Of a stretch of 64,000 bases of DNA, positions 10,243 through 20,735 are shown in pieces (position 1 is the first letter of the stretch; the number at the start of each line of letters is the position of its first letter). The DNA is from a virus (lineage: Duplodnaviria > Caudoviricetes). A model generated the notes under the pieces. It ran no database searches. It was not told where the DNA came from and saw only the letters and a program-made list of their open reading frames with translations. Both the position numbers and the translations under genes were made by a program. The DNA is taken from IMG/VR virus record IMGVR_UViG_3300035208_002115. The stretch is one strand, 5' to 3'.

Positions 10243-11832
10243 TTAGAATCCTATTTTTTTGTCAAATCCAAAAACAGCATCATTTAAACTCAACTTACCA
10301 TCGTTTATAACACCTCTTGAATAATTATTTAAATCGTTTGTTATATCATTTCTAAGACTTGCACCTAAAGCATTGGCATTAAAGCTAACTTTACCATCTT
10401 TAAAAGATATTACCTGTTCTTCTGCCAAACGTCTTGCTTTAACATCATCTTCATTATAAACATTTCCACCATCGGGAACTTTTTTTATAAGAGTTTTTTG
10501 TTCAATTTGAGTTAAAAATCTGTTAATTAAATCATTACGTATTTCTTTAACTTTTCTAATAACTGTATTTGTAACGGTATTAACTAAAAGATTTAAACTT
10601 TTTTCTATGTAATTAGGTTTATTTAATAAGGATGCAGCAGCATATTTCTTCTCAACTTCTGGTGGATTATATTTGAATAAATTCTGCATATTGTAATCTG
10701 CTAAATCCTGACCACTTTTCTGATTTTGAAAATATTGACTATTATTTTTATTATCTTTTTCATACAAAACCCTATCTTTATTATGCATTGATAGTGTATT
10801 TGGTCTTAATTTTGGTTCTATACGTTTAGAAACAGATTTAAAAATAATATCAAAACTTAATGAGGATAAAACTGGCATAGTGGCATTGAACCCAGCAACT
10901 GTTATATCATTGGGTACATTTTTACTATTAAAAAAATTTAAATTACAATCATGTAAAACATAAACCATAACTGATTGATTATCTTGGAGAATATATGGGT
11001 TGTTAGATTTACTTATACCTTCTCCTTTATTATAATTAGGATTTAGCGTTTTAAATTTTCGGATATCATTAATTTTAATATGCATATCGAATCGAAGTAA
11101 ATGTTCAGGAATCATATATCTATTATTTCTATAACAATAAATCAAATTATTATATAATTCACTTAAATATTGAACACGCATCGAAACATCTTCTGATAAT
11201 GTGATAACTATTTTATCTTCTGGATACTTTATTATTTTTTTAACAAGATTGTCCATACCACTAATAGATGAAATATAAAAATTTTTTCTACTATATGGGG
11301 TCTTTTGTTCGACTGATAGTGGATTGAATAATTTAAAAAATTCACTTCTGAATTCATTGAATAAATCAATCCTTTTAGCAATATCTGATATGTCTTGGTA
11401 TAGAGTTAAAAATCTCATAACTTTATTTTCATTACCATAATAAAAAGGTGAGGATGCATCAGTATCATCAAAATATAATTCAAAACCGAGTAGGGTTGGG
11501 TCTTCATGTTCATATTCAGATTTTTCCAATCCATATTTAAAACTATCCATATCATAATCGGATTGTTGTTGATTTCTTATATAATCATAAGTCTCACCTA
11601 TTTCTCTAATTGGGATTTCTAAACCTACTGATGTACGTTTTTCTTCGAGTATATTTAATTCTTCATAACCTGCTATATAACCAGTATTAAGTTCACGTTT
11701 CGGGCCATGTCTATTATCCGAAACCTTACTATCAGCAGAGTTTAATAAGTTCCCCGTAGTAGATTTTAAAAGTGATTCCGCATTCTTTGTAGCAGAATTC
11801 TTTTTTAGACCAGAAACACTAATTAATGTCAT
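10243..11832 (-). CDS. Putative tail/baseplate structural protein
   Basis: Long ORF in the baseplate operon; no motif recognised with certainty. Confidence 0.45.
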   Translation of the reverse strand: MTLISVSGLKKNSATKNAESLLKSTTGNLLNSADSKVSDNRHGPKRELNTGYIAGYEELNILEEKRTSVGLEIPIREIGETYDYIRNQQQSDYDMDSFKYGLEKSEYEHEDPTLLGFELYFDDTDASSPFYYGNENKVMRFLTLYQDISDIAKRIDLFNEFRSEFFKLFNPLSVEQKTPYSRKNFYISSISGMDNLVKKIIKYPEDKIVITLSEDVSMRVQYLSELYNNLIYCYRNNRYMIPEHLLRFDMHIKINDIRKFKTLNPNYNKGEGISKSNNPYILQDNQSVMVYVLHDCNLNFFNSKNVPNDITVAGFNATMPVLSSLSFDIIFKSVSKRIEPKLRPNTLSMHNKDRVLYEKDNKNNSQYFQNQKSGQDLADYNMQNLFKYNPPEVEKKYAAASLLNKPNYIEKSLNLLVNTVTNTVIRKVKEIRNDLINRFLTQIEQKTLIKKVPDGGNVYNEDDVKARRLAEEQVISFKDGKVSFNANALGASLRNDITNDLNNYSRGVINDGKLSLNDAVFGFDKKIGF

Positions 11833-11836
11833 CTTA

Positions 11837-13228
11837 TTATTTTAATTTTAATTTACTATCACCAAGTTCTCTACGAACTAAGTTTATTTCTTGTTGCCAT
11901 CCACCATCAATACTAAATGTATAATTGATACCCGAAATCATCCAATTACCAGATAATCTTTTATTTAATTTATCTTCATATATATTTTTATTTGCCAGCG
12001 CACTTCTGTTCTCAGGTGGTGTGGTTCTTGTTTTACTATCCAATTCTTGCATTTTATATAATTTCACTTTAATCATTTGAAATCTATATAAATTAAAATT
12101 AGGCGTAGTAAGTATCACTTTCATTTTAATCTTTTGAAAATATTTCATATTTCTTTCATTCTGAATTAAAGAATAGTAGAAATTTTTATGCATGTTATCA
12201 ATATCAACTTTCCCAAGAAAATCACCATTCCAGTTAGTATTATATAAAGAATCTGAATTATTTCCTTTTTCATTATTTGCTTTTAAAACAATATCACCAT
12301 TATCACCACTACTCGAAATAGTATCTAATAATAATCCAGATAAATTTTTTTCTATTGTATTATAATATTTTATAAAATAATTGTAACCGATTTCTAAATT
12401 TGTTTTTGTAGATGAATTTACAATATTATATTTTGATATAAATAAAGATGAACCGTATGAATCTGGGTGATTTGTCAGAAATAACGGTGTTGTATTTTCA
12501 GCATTGTCTAAAAGATATTTATTTGAATTTACACCTTCTAATCCTTCGGTTGTGTCATTGAATTGTGTTTCTATGTCTACGTATGTTAGATTATAATAAA
12601 AATCAACATATGACCAAAGAAAAGATTCATCATCTTTATAAGATGACATTGTTACCATTTTTATAAAATCTAAATTTATATCGGCTGGGTTTATCCAAAT
12701 CATCTTATCATCAGTGCTTTGTATATTTGTTGCAAAACCTAAACCTGTCATATTAGCCAACTCTTTTAATACATTAAAAGATGTATCTTGTTTACTCCAA
12801 TATGGTGAATTGTATAATCCATTTACATTCAATATTCCTTCTAATGAATAAATAGTTTCTTCATTGTTTACATCATTTTTTACTGGATTAAATTCAGTCA
12901 CTTTAAAATCCATTCTGACAGGCATTAAATTTTCCGATGGTGATTTTATAAAAATTGAAATTGTTGTGTCATCCAAGGGAAATAATTCATCTATCATTTT
13001 ATTACTTAAATCCTTAAATTTCATCTCCAATTTTGGTAGAAACTGGTCATTCTTTAGAACAAAATTTACAAAATAACGATATTCCAATATTAAACCATTT
13101 ATAATAACAAATGGATACAATCCAATTCTTGAAACAAAATCGTTTGCGTTTCCGTCTTGAACATCATCATTATATTTGATGTCTATTTTTTGTAATTCAA
13201 TTGATGGTCTTATTAATCTTGTTATCAT
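11837..13228 (-). CDS. Putative baseplate hub protein (gp27/late-control-D-like)
   Basis: C-terminal LSGNWMISGINYTFS...QEINLVRRE typical of hub proteins; sits between gp53-like and gp5-like genes. Confidence 0.6.
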   Translation of the reverse strand: MITRLIRPSIELQKIDIKYNDDVQDGNANDFVSRIGLYPFVIINGLILEYRYFVNFVLKNDQFLPKLEMKFKDLSNKMIDELFPLDDTTISIFIKSPSENLMPVRMDFKVTEFNPVKNDVNNEETIYSLEGILNVNGLYNSPYWSKQDTSFNVLKELANMTGLGFATNIQSTDDKMIWINPADINLDFIKMVTMSSYKDDESFLWSYVDFYYNLTYVDIETQFNDTTEGLEGVNSNKYLLDNAENTTPLFLTNHPDSYGSSLFISKYNIVNSSTKTNLEIGYNYFIKYYNTIEKNLSGLLLDTISSSGDNGDIVLKANNEKGNNSDSLYNTNWNGDFLGKVDIDNMHKNFYYSLIQNERNMKYFQKIKMKVILTTPNFNLYRFQMIKVKLYKMQELDSKTRTTPPENRSALANKNIYEDKLNKRLSGNWMISGINYTFSIDGGWQQEINLVRRELGDSKLKLK

Positions 13229-13229
13229 A

Positions 13230-13706
13230 TTATGGTATTATGTTCATTATTGAAATTGTTTTGTTGTCTTTATTCCATTCTACTTGTTTAGCATTTTTAT
13301 CTTTAACAACAACTGGTACAGTTGCATTTTTCCTATTAGAATCTTTTCTTGTGTTTTTAGGGTTATTGATATTTATTGATGCTTCAGTTTCATTTTCAAT
13401 TGGTAAATGTGTTACTTCTATATCACCAAGTTCAGGATATAAAATTTCATCCTTTTCATTTATCGAATATGGATTTATAATATTATTAATTTTCATTAAT
13501 TCATCGACATATTCATTCGAACCATATAAATCAAATGATACTCTATCTAATCTGCCAACATTTTCTGGTGGAACTAAATACATATATAATTTCATATTAT
13601 TGATATCTTTATCCGTTACAGTGCTTCTAAATAAATCAAAAGGCGCACCTTTTACATTATTTTCTCTTTTTAATTTACAATTTTCGGTGAATGAATATAT
13701 TTTCAT
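13230..13706 (-). CDS. gp53-like baseplate wedge protein (LysM-like)
   Basis: GRLDRVSFDLYGS...DELMKINNIINP...ILYP motif. Confidence 0.7.
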   Translation of the reverse strand: MKIYSFTENCKLKRENNVKGAPFDLFRSTVTDKDINNMKLYMYLVPPENVGRLDRVSFDLYGSNEYVDELMKINNIINPYSINEKDEILYPELGDIEVTHLPIENETEASININNPKNTRKDSNRKNATVPVVVKDKNAKQVEWNKDNKTISIMNIIP

Positions 13707-13721
13707 TTTATAATTTTATTT

Positions 13722-15404
13722 TTATAAAGTTGGTGGTGTTGTTTGGTCTTTTGGTTTTGTTTTATCGTCTGAACTCGCATCACTACGGGGTTTATTATAA
13801 ATTCTTCTATAACCATTGTTAAAAATCCTTTCAATTTCTTGCGCTCCCAAATTTCTCCCAAATCGCAGACTAATGTTAGCGTTAATGAAAATAGGCATAT
13901 CATTGAAACCGAGTTCACCTTTAGCTGATAAATCGATTTTTTCAACTATCATATTACCTGCTGATATAATAGGTGACCAAGGATTACCGATAGTTATATG
14001 CCAAGGTGCTGTTGGTTGTCCAGTCATTGCACCAATAGAACCTCTAATCGGCCATCTATGTTTAGCAAAAGTAGAAGCCAAAATAGATTTTAATAATTTA
14101 CCAGCAGTGCCATTTTCGTCTAATAAACCTGATAATACGCCTGTGTTCGCCTCTACTGCACCAGCAAAACCAACGGTTTCATTTTTTTCAGATTCACTTT
14201 TTTTTGCATCTTCTATTCCTTGTTTTTCTTGAATAGATGATTCTAATGATTTTTTTTCTTCTTTTAATCTTTTGTATTCTGCTTTATCATCACCAAATAA
14301 ACCTTTACTACCCTTTGTTTCTATGGCTTTCATTCTACCGTTAACTATTTTTAAACGTGATTCTTCTGCCATTTCCTCTTTTGGTTGTTCTTGAAATTGT
14401 TTATTAACATCTTCTGGAGTTGAACCAAACATATCGGAAAACGTTTCTACGGTTGCATCTATAAAGGCTTGAACAATTTCTCTTACAACTTCAGTCCAAG
14501 CATCAACACTATTACCTTTGTCATTAACAGCAACTGTTAATTTTTGAAGAATAGGTGAATTAGCACTGAAAATATATCTTGTGTTTGATGTACCCATACT
14601 TAAAAGATTTCTTATTGTATCTAACATAGCTGTGGCTGGGTCAAATTCACCTATTAATTTTTGTTCATAAACAGTTTCGAATGAAAGTTTTGTTGATGAT
14701 TTTAAACCTTGTTTAGTGTAATCCCTATATGCACCTTCTCTTAAAAGATTTGGGTCTCCAAATGGAATGTCATAAGCATTTGAGTCATCAGTTAAACCCA
14801 TTTTCTTTAAAAAACCAAATAATAAACCCTGAGTCCAACCAGCCGATGGTATTACTTTTTCTGCTCCACCAACTTTAAATTCATTTTTTAAAATATCAGC
14901 AATTATTTCATGTAAATATTTTTCCTGAGTGTCCCATTCTTCATTGAATGATAAATTAAATAAATCAGAATCCTCTGTTATCCAACCTATAACAACTGAT
15001 AGGGGTGCTGTTGCTATCTGATTTAAATCATCTGTAACAATAGCACCTTCTGGAAATCTTCTAAGAATTATTAATCTATTTAAAGGATAAACACCCATAT
15101 CTCTAAGATAAGAAAAATCACTTGGTCTTAAAGTTTTTGAACCTTTTTGAAATTCAGGGTCTTTCAATAATTGTATATAGGGGTTTGTATCAGTAGAATC
15201 GTTATCATATATTTTTTCTTTAATATAATTTCTGATAGCACCATTTTGTCCTTTAAAAAAATTTTTATCTTTATAAACAACATATTGTTTTTCAGGAACA
15301 ATTCTTTCTTTTAATGTTTGGATATTCGACAAAGGAATACCATTAGTTCTTTGGGTATCAACTTTCAAATCCTTACTGAATAAAAAACTCATTTCATTAT
15401 ACAT
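13722..15404 (-). CDS. Putative baseplate/tail-tube associated protein
   Basis: First gene of the minus-strand baseplate operon; C-terminal WHITIGNP..PI...GNMIV...GELGFNDMP; preceded by TAATATATA. Confidence 0.5.
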   Translation of the reverse strand: MYNEMSFLFSKDLKVDTQRTNGIPLSNIQTLKERIVPEKQYVVYKDKNFFKGQNGAIRNYIKEKIYDNDSTDTNPYIQLLKDPEFQKGSKTLRPSDFSYLRDMGVYPLNRLIILRRFPEGAIVTDDLNQIATAPLSVVIGWITEDSDLFNLSFNEEWDTQEKYLHEIIADILKNEFKVGGAEKVIPSAGWTQGLLFGFLKKMGLTDDSNAYDIPFGDPNLLREGAYRDYTKQGLKSSTKLSFETVYEQKLIGEFDPATAMLDTIRNLLSMGTSNTRYIFSANSPILQKLTVAVNDKGNSVDAWTEVVREIVQAFIDATVETFSDMFGSTPEDVNKQFQEQPKEEMAEESRLKIVNGRMKAIETKGSKGLFGDDKAEYKRLKEEKKSLESSIQEKQGIEDAKKSESEKNETVGFAGAVEANTGVLSGLLDENGTAGKLLKSILASTFAKHRWPIRGSIGAMTGQPTAPWHITIGNPWSPIISAGNMIVEKIDLSAKGELGFNDMPIFINANISLRFGRNLGAQEIERIFNNGYRRIYNKPRSDASSDDKTKPKDQTTPPTL

Positions 15405-15437
15405 GTAGTAAATAATAATTTTTATTAGAATAATCGT

Positions 15438-15445
15438 TATATTTG
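15438..15445 (+). promoter_or_regulatory. Bacteroidota-type -7 promoter box TATATTTG
   Basis: Matches TAnnTTTG; about 35 nt upstream of ORF 15480. Confidence 0.45.
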
Positions 15446-15454
15446 TATATATTA
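15446..15454 (-). promoter_or_regulatory. Putative late promoter TAATATATA for the baseplate operon
   Basis: About 40 nt upstream of the ATG at 15404. Confidence 0.5.
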
Positions 15455-15479
15455 AAAAATAAAGTATAAAAGAATAAAA

Positions 15480-15815
15480 ATGTTGAATATGTCAGATAAT
15501 TTACTACTTGGAGAGTTATTAGAACGAGGTAAAAATTTTGAAGTATACAAATATTGTAAAGAACACGATATTGAATGCTCGTGGGATTTTTCTAAAGCTG
15601 ACAATACATCGTGGACTGATATTTATATTGATAATAAACTTGTGATGCAATTTCAAAATACAACCACAGTTAATCAATTTATTGAAGTTGTTAAACGAAT
15701 GAAAAAAGATTACAATGATAAATGTATTGATATTGAAGGTGAAGATTTCTGGTTCGTAGTCGAAAGGAAAAAGTATTTTGATAAGTTTTTAGAAGAACAT
15801 AATCATCTTTTTTAA
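15480..15815 (+). CDS. Hypothetical protein
   Basis: 111-aa ORF filling the gap, A-rich leader. Confidence 0.55.
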   Translation: MLNMSDNLLLGELLERGKNFEVYKYCKEHDIECSWDFSKADNTSWTDIYIDNKLVMQFQNTTTVNQFIEVVKRMKKDYNDKCIDIEGEDFWFVVERKKYFDKFLEEHNHLF

Positions 15816-16210
15816 TAATCTTTTATAATCTGGGATGTATTAAATTTATCAATATTTTCTATTATTGAATTATTTATATGATTATCATTTTTGAATTCAT
15901 CATGAAAAAATAAAACATTATATTTTATTTCTGAATTTCTTATCGTATTTGATACCTTGAATATTTCTTTAATATCTATGTTTTCTTTTTCAAAATTGGG
16001 AATATAATATACATCTTTCCCTTTTTTGAAAGCATGTATTATTTTTGTGTAAATAATCACATCAAAATATTCTTTAAAATCCTCATATTCAATATCTTCT
16101 TGTTCTAATTGGTCTTTTATATCAATGATGACTTTATTTCTTATTCTATTTACTTTTATATACTTATCGAACTTTTTTCGGGTTTTACAAAATACTATAT
16201 AAAAATTCAT
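15812..16210 (-). CDS. Hypothetical protein
   Basis: 132-aa ORF; TTATATATA upstream. Confidence 0.55.
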   Translation of the reverse strand: MNFYIVFCKTRKKFDKYIKVNRIRNKVIIDIKDQLEQEDIEYEDFKEYFDVIIYTKIIHAFKKGKDVYYIPNFEKENIDIKEIFKVSNTIRNSEIKYNVLFFHDEFKNDNHINNSIIENIDKFNTSQIIKDY

Positions 16211-16469
16211 ATTTTAAACTATTCTAATTTTAAAGTATATATAACTTATAATTGGGTCTATGAAATAAATTTTCGAATTATTTTGTAACTCCTTGATATT
16301 TTATAAAAAATAATTTTCCGATTTATATATAATAACCGCACTTCAAAATTTTAAATAATTTAATTTTTTGAAAACTTTTTAGTTTTTTAATCCTACAAGA
16401 TTAAAAAGCATTAAACGGCAATTATTCGCTTTAATAGCTTTTATAGCATAAAAAACAATTTAAATTAAA

Positions 16470-17702
16470 ATGGCAAAGAAAAATTCAACAAATGCATTCA
16501 GTGACATTTCAGGTCTACTTGAATCTGCCTCAGACAAGACAGATGTTATCTTAGAAAATTCCAACATCAAAAGCACGTTTATTAGCACAGACATCCATAT
16601 TTTGGATGCTTTATTATCTACTCATGTAATTGATGGTGGTATCGCAGATGATAGAATTACAGTGTTTGCTGGTGACCCACAAACAGGTAAATCTTATATC
16701 TGTTATAATATAGCCAGAAATGCTCAGAAACAGGGATATTATGTTGTTTACATTGATACTGAACACGCCTGTAACTTATCTACATTTGAAACTTTTGGAA
16801 TTGATGTTAAAAAAGAAAATTTCCAATTGATAAAAATCAAGGACATTGAAACTATTAAGACTGTTATGGCTAAGTTTCTTAATAGTATGAGAATTAAAAA
16901 AGAAGAAGGATTTGATGTTCGTAAAACAATTATATTTTTTGATTCTATTGGTGGTGTTGCATCAAGAAAAGAAATTGATGATGCAATAGAAGGTAAAAAC
17001 AAACAAGATATGACAAGGGCTAAATCACTTAAATCGTTATTTAGAATTATATCAGTTGAAATGGGATATTTGCGTATGCCTCTTGTAGCAACTAATCATA
17101 TTTATTTGTCTCAGGATTTATTTCCACAGGCTATTATGAATGGTGGTAAAGGTCTTGAATACTCAGCATCTGTTATTGTTTATCTTTCATCAGCTAAATT
17201 AAAAAGTGATAGGGAAGATGATATGTCAATAGGACAGACTGGTATTATAGTTAGTGCAAAAGCTAAGAAAAATCGTTTAGCAAAACTGAAAAAAATAAAG
17301 TTTGATATCGATGGTGATGGTGGCACTAATAAGTTTGGTGGTTTAGATTTCTTTTTAACAGCAGAAAATTATGAAAAATTCGGAATTGCAAGAGGTAAAT
17401 TGGTAAAGGGTACTGATGGTAATATGGTTTTTGAAGCTGGTGGACAACGTTCGAAATGGTATGTTCGTCATTTAGACCAAACCTTTTATGATAAGGAGCT
17501 TTATACTTCCAAAATATTTACAAAAGAGATTTTGTCTAATTTAGAACCTGTTGTAAAAGATTATTTCAGATATGCATCTTATGAAGAAGCTCAACAATAT
17601 CAAGAACAATCATTAGATGCTCATCATAAAGCAGAAGAAACTGCTATTGATGAAACATTTGATATTGATGTTGACGGAGCAGATACTAAACTTTTTGATT
17701 AA
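16470..17702 (+). CDS. uvsX: UvsX/RecA-family recombinase
   Basis: Walker A GDPQTGKS, YIDTE, FFDSIG, DMTRAK, NHIY, GGKG..YSAS; lies upstream of the gp41 helicase as in T4. Confidence 0.92.
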   Translation: MAKKNSTNAFSDISGLLESASDKTDVILENSNIKSTFISTDIHILDALLSTHVIDGGIADDRITVFAGDPQTGKSYICYNIARNAQKQGYYVVYIDTEHACNLSTFETFGIDVKKENFQLIKIKDIETIKTVMAKFLNSMRIKKEEGFDVRKTIIFFDSIGGVASRKEIDDAIEGKNKQDMTRAKSLKSLFRIISVEMGYLRMPLVATNHIYLSQDLFPQAIMNGGKGLEYSASVIVYLSSAKLKSDREDDMSIGQTGIIVSAKAKKNRLAKLKKIKFDIDGDGGTNKFGGLDFFLTAENYEKFGIARGKLVKGTDGNMVFEAGGQRSKWYVRHLDQTFYDKELYTSKIFTKEILSNLEPVVKDYFRYASYEEAQQYQEQSLDAHHKAEETAIDETFDIDVDGADTKLFD

Positions 17703-17720
17703 TTAGTAATATAATAAAAA

Positions 17721-17752
17721 AAAGACATGTGAGAATTCTCACATGTTTTTTT
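17721..17752 (+). terminator. Hairpin/terminator after uvsX
   Basis: Perfect 22-bp palindrome ACATGTGAGAATTCTCACATGT (17725-17746) flanked by A and T runs. Confidence 0.7.
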
Positions 17753-17774
17753 ATCTAAAAATATTTTAAGTGAA

Positions 17775-18512
17775 ATGGCAGGGGAAAAGGTTGCACCACA
17801 AACGGAATTATCGTTCTTTACTTACATATTGGCGAACCCATTACAATTTCAATTTGTTGAACCATCATTTTTTAAACAGGATGAAATACAATTTGTTTAT
17901 AAATTAATACATGATTATTATTTATCAGCAAAAGTAAAAAGAGTTCCATCCAATGACCAGATAGTTGGTATGGTTAAAATAAATGACCCCGAAAATAAAA
18001 TATCGGATAATGCATTACGGGTCATACTAAAGAACCAAAATGATAACATTGAAAAAGATTGGATTGAAAATAGATTTAGAGCTTGGAAAATATCAAGTGC
18101 TGTTAAAGAAAGAGTTTTCAAAAGTGTTGAGTTAATAAGAAGTTTGGATGATATTAATATAACCAATGTTCTTGGTATAACGTCCGAACTTGAAAACCTA
18201 TATAAAAATCTTTTAATTATTGATAATACTGATGAAGATTTGGGTTCAGATTTTTATGACCCAGAATCTCATAAACAAAATGTAAATGTAAACAAAGTTA
18301 AAACTGGGTGGTCATCACTTGATAATATTCTTACAGGTGGTTGGGACATTGGAACTCTTAACGTTATTATGGGGGAGACAAACATAGGTAAATGCACTCA
18401 TTATCAATCAGTTATGAGAGTTAAAAATAAAAAAACGGGTGAAATAAAAGAAATAAAAATTGGTGATTTTTTTAATTTAATTAAAAATAAAAATATTAAT
18501 GATGGTTTGTAA
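17775..18512 (+). CDS. gp41/DnaB replicative helicase N-terminal half fused to a split-intein N-fragment (39 aa, from Cys at 18393)
   Basis: TGWSSLDNILTGG...LNVIMGETNIGK breaks inside Walker A and continues as CTHYQSVMRVKNKKTGEIKEIKIGDFF (intein block A). Confidence 0.9.
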   Translation: MAGEKVAPQTELSFFTYILANPLQFQFVEPSFFKQDEIQFVYKLIHDYYLSAKVKRVPSNDQIVGMVKINDPENKISDNALRVILKNQNDNIEKDWIENRFRAWKISSAVKERVFKSVELIRSLDDINITNVLGITSELENLYKNLLIIDNTDEDLGSDFYDPESHKQNVNVNKVKTGWSSLDNILTGGWDIGTLNVIMGETNIGKCTHYQSVMRVKNKKTGEIKEIKIGDFFNLIKNKNINDGL

Positions 18513-19620
18513 AATATGCAATAAAAAATTCCAAACCAGAAAGGGGTTGATAATACATTTAAGTAAATTTCATTCAAATGAAAATCTTAAAGAGTATTAT
18601 GATAAATACTTAAAAAATGATAATGAGGGTAAATGTTATATATGTGGTGATGATGCCAAATTTTTAAGTATTAGTAAAGGTTACCACACATTATGTTATT
18701 CGAATGATTGTTTAAGTAAATCAAGAGCAACTGGTACTTATCAATTTCTGATGTCTAAATATAAAATATCTAAAGAAGAAGCAATAAAATTAATGAATGA
18801 AAGAGCTTTAGAAAGAGGTAAAGAAATAAAAAGTGGATTAGATATTAAATTAAATGAAAATGAAAATTTTCATAAAGAAAAATCACACCAAACTAAGGAA
18901 TATTGGATTAAAAGAGGTTATGGTGAAAAAGAATCTATTCAAAAATCGTCTGAAATTATGAATATGATTCATAATAAATCAACAATTAAAAGAAAAAATA
19001 ACCCAGATAAATATAAAGATATATTAACAACCCAAATTGGTTATTGGCTTAAAAAAGGTTATCCTGAAAAAGAAGCTAAAGAAAAATTAATTGAAAGACA
19101 AAAAACGTTTTCTTTGGATAAATGTATAGAAAAATATGGTGATAAAATTGGTGAAGATGTCTTTAATAAAAGACAGTGGTCTTGGTCTAAATTAATGGAA
19201 GATAAATATAAAAATGGTGATTATCTTAAATTTAGAAAAGAACTATATTCTAAAGATGAACTCAAACTTTTCGAAAATATAATTGAAAAATTAAATATAC
19301 ATGATAATGTTTATTATGGTAAAAAACAATATTATAGAACATTTAAAAGTATAGGAAAAACTTTTTCATATGATTTTGTTTACAATAAAAAAGTGATAGA
19401 ATTTAATGGTGATTATTGGCATTGCAATCCTTTATTATATAAAGCTGATTATTTTCATCAGTATAAACAGATGTATGCAAAAGATGTGTGGAAATTTGAT
19501 AATATAAAAACAACTTGTATAACAGATTGTGGTTATGAAATTTTAATAATTTGGGAAAATGAATATAAACAAAATAAGGAAAAAACTATACAAAAATGTA
19601 TAGATTTTATTAATAAATAA
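18499..19620 (+). mobile_element. Free-standing homing endonuclease (Zn fingers plus Vsr-like PD-(D/E)xK domain) between the split-intein halves
   Basis: CKIC...HLSKFH and CYIC Zn motifs; C-terminal SYDF...IEFNGDYWHCNP...GYEILIIWE. Confidence 0.8.
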
Positions 19621-19630
19621 AAATTATTAT

Positions 19631-20716
19631 ATGTTAAGTGATAATACTTATAAAAAATTTATAGAGGTTTTTGATGTTGATGATTGGCAAATAGAAACTG
19701 ATAACGGTTGGTCTGATATCGACCAAATTGGAAAAACTATTGAATATGATGAATGGGAATTAAAAACAATCGATGGATTTGAATTGATATGTGCAGATAA
19801 ACATATATTATTTGATGAAAATTTTAATGAAATATATGTAGAAAATTTAATTAAGGGAAGTAAGATAATTAATACAAATGGTATAAGTGAAATATTATAT
19901 GTTAATAAAACAAAAAATATTTCTAATATGTTTGATATTTCTATAAAAGATGATAAACATAGGTATTATACAAGTGGTATATTATCTCATAATTCTATGT
20001 GGCTTCACAATATTGCTTCAAATACTATTAAAGCTGGTAAGAATGCTTTAGTTTTAACATTGGAGATGGCTGAATATAAATGTACCAAAAGAATGGGTTC
20101 TATGCTTCTGGGTATTCCACCAAGTCTCTATGAAGAAAAAAGTAATGATACACAATATATGTTAAATAAATTGAAGTCATTTAAAAATACTGCAATCACA
20201 AGTAATTTATTCAATAGTAAAGCAGGTGAGCTTTTTGTTAAAAAGTTTAACACAAGTGATTGTACTGTTACTGACATTGATAATTACATAATGAAATTAC
20301 AAGATAATAAACAATTTAAAGTTGATATGGTACTTGTTGATTATCTCAATATAATGAGTCTTGAAAAAGGATTAGATATTAAAGGTAATTTATATCAAAA
20401 AGGAAAACATATAGCAGAAGGTTTGAGGTATCTGGCTGGAAAACACAACACCACATTTATCACTGCAACACAAACAGATAGAGCAGTGTGGGGTGCATCA
20501 GATATTAAAATGGATGCAGTACCAGAATCAAAAGCTATTGTTGAAACTGCTGATACGGTCTGGGCTATTATTAGAACGACTGAAATGAAAAGACAAAATC
20601 TTTATCGTTTGAAAAATTTAAAGCTTAGAGATGGTGAATGTAAGGAACAACAGGTGAAGTTTACTTTTAAGCCTGAAACCTTAACAATGGAAAACGACCT
20701 TTTGGTCGTAGAATAA
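19631..20716 (+). CDS. Split-intein C-fragment (121 aa, ends HN at 19993) fused to the C-terminal half of the gp41/DnaB helicase
   Basis: LICADKH (block B), MFDISI...RYYTSGILSHN|S, then SMWLHNIA...TLEMAE...LVDYLN...TATQTDR...ETAD...KLRDG helicase motifs. Confidence 0.9.
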   Translation: MLSDNTYKKFIEVFDVDDWQIETDNGWSDIDQIGKTIEYDEWELKTIDGFELICADKHILFDENFNEIYVENLIKGSKIINTNGISEILYVNKTKNISNMFDISIKDDKHRYYTSGILSHNSMWLHNIASNTIKAGKNALVLTLEMAEYKCTKRMGSMLLGIPPSLYEEKSNDTQYMLNKLKSFKNTAITSNLFNSKAGELFVKKFNTSDCTVTDIDNYIMKLQDNKQFKVDMVLVDYLNIMSLEKGLDIKGNLYQKGKHIAEGLRYLAGKHNTTFITATQTDRAVWGASDIKMDAVPESKAIVETADTVWAIIRTTEMKRQNLYRLKNLKLRDGECKEQQVKFTFKPETLTMENDLLVVE

Positions 20717-20735
20717 AAAAAAAATTTTTTATTTT

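Noticed and set aside
13201-14232. Antisense ORFs such as 13201-13713 and 13816-14232 (also 28957-29499, 33001-33423, 45160-45489, 62806-63186)
   Set aside because: They lie opposite better-supported genes, lack motifs, and show the F/L/I/S-rich composition of shadow frames.
18393-19993. Group I intron interrupting the helicase
   Set aside because: No non-coding room for a ribozyme (14-nt overlap on one side, 10-nt gap on the other); the Cys...HN/Ser intein motifs explain the break.
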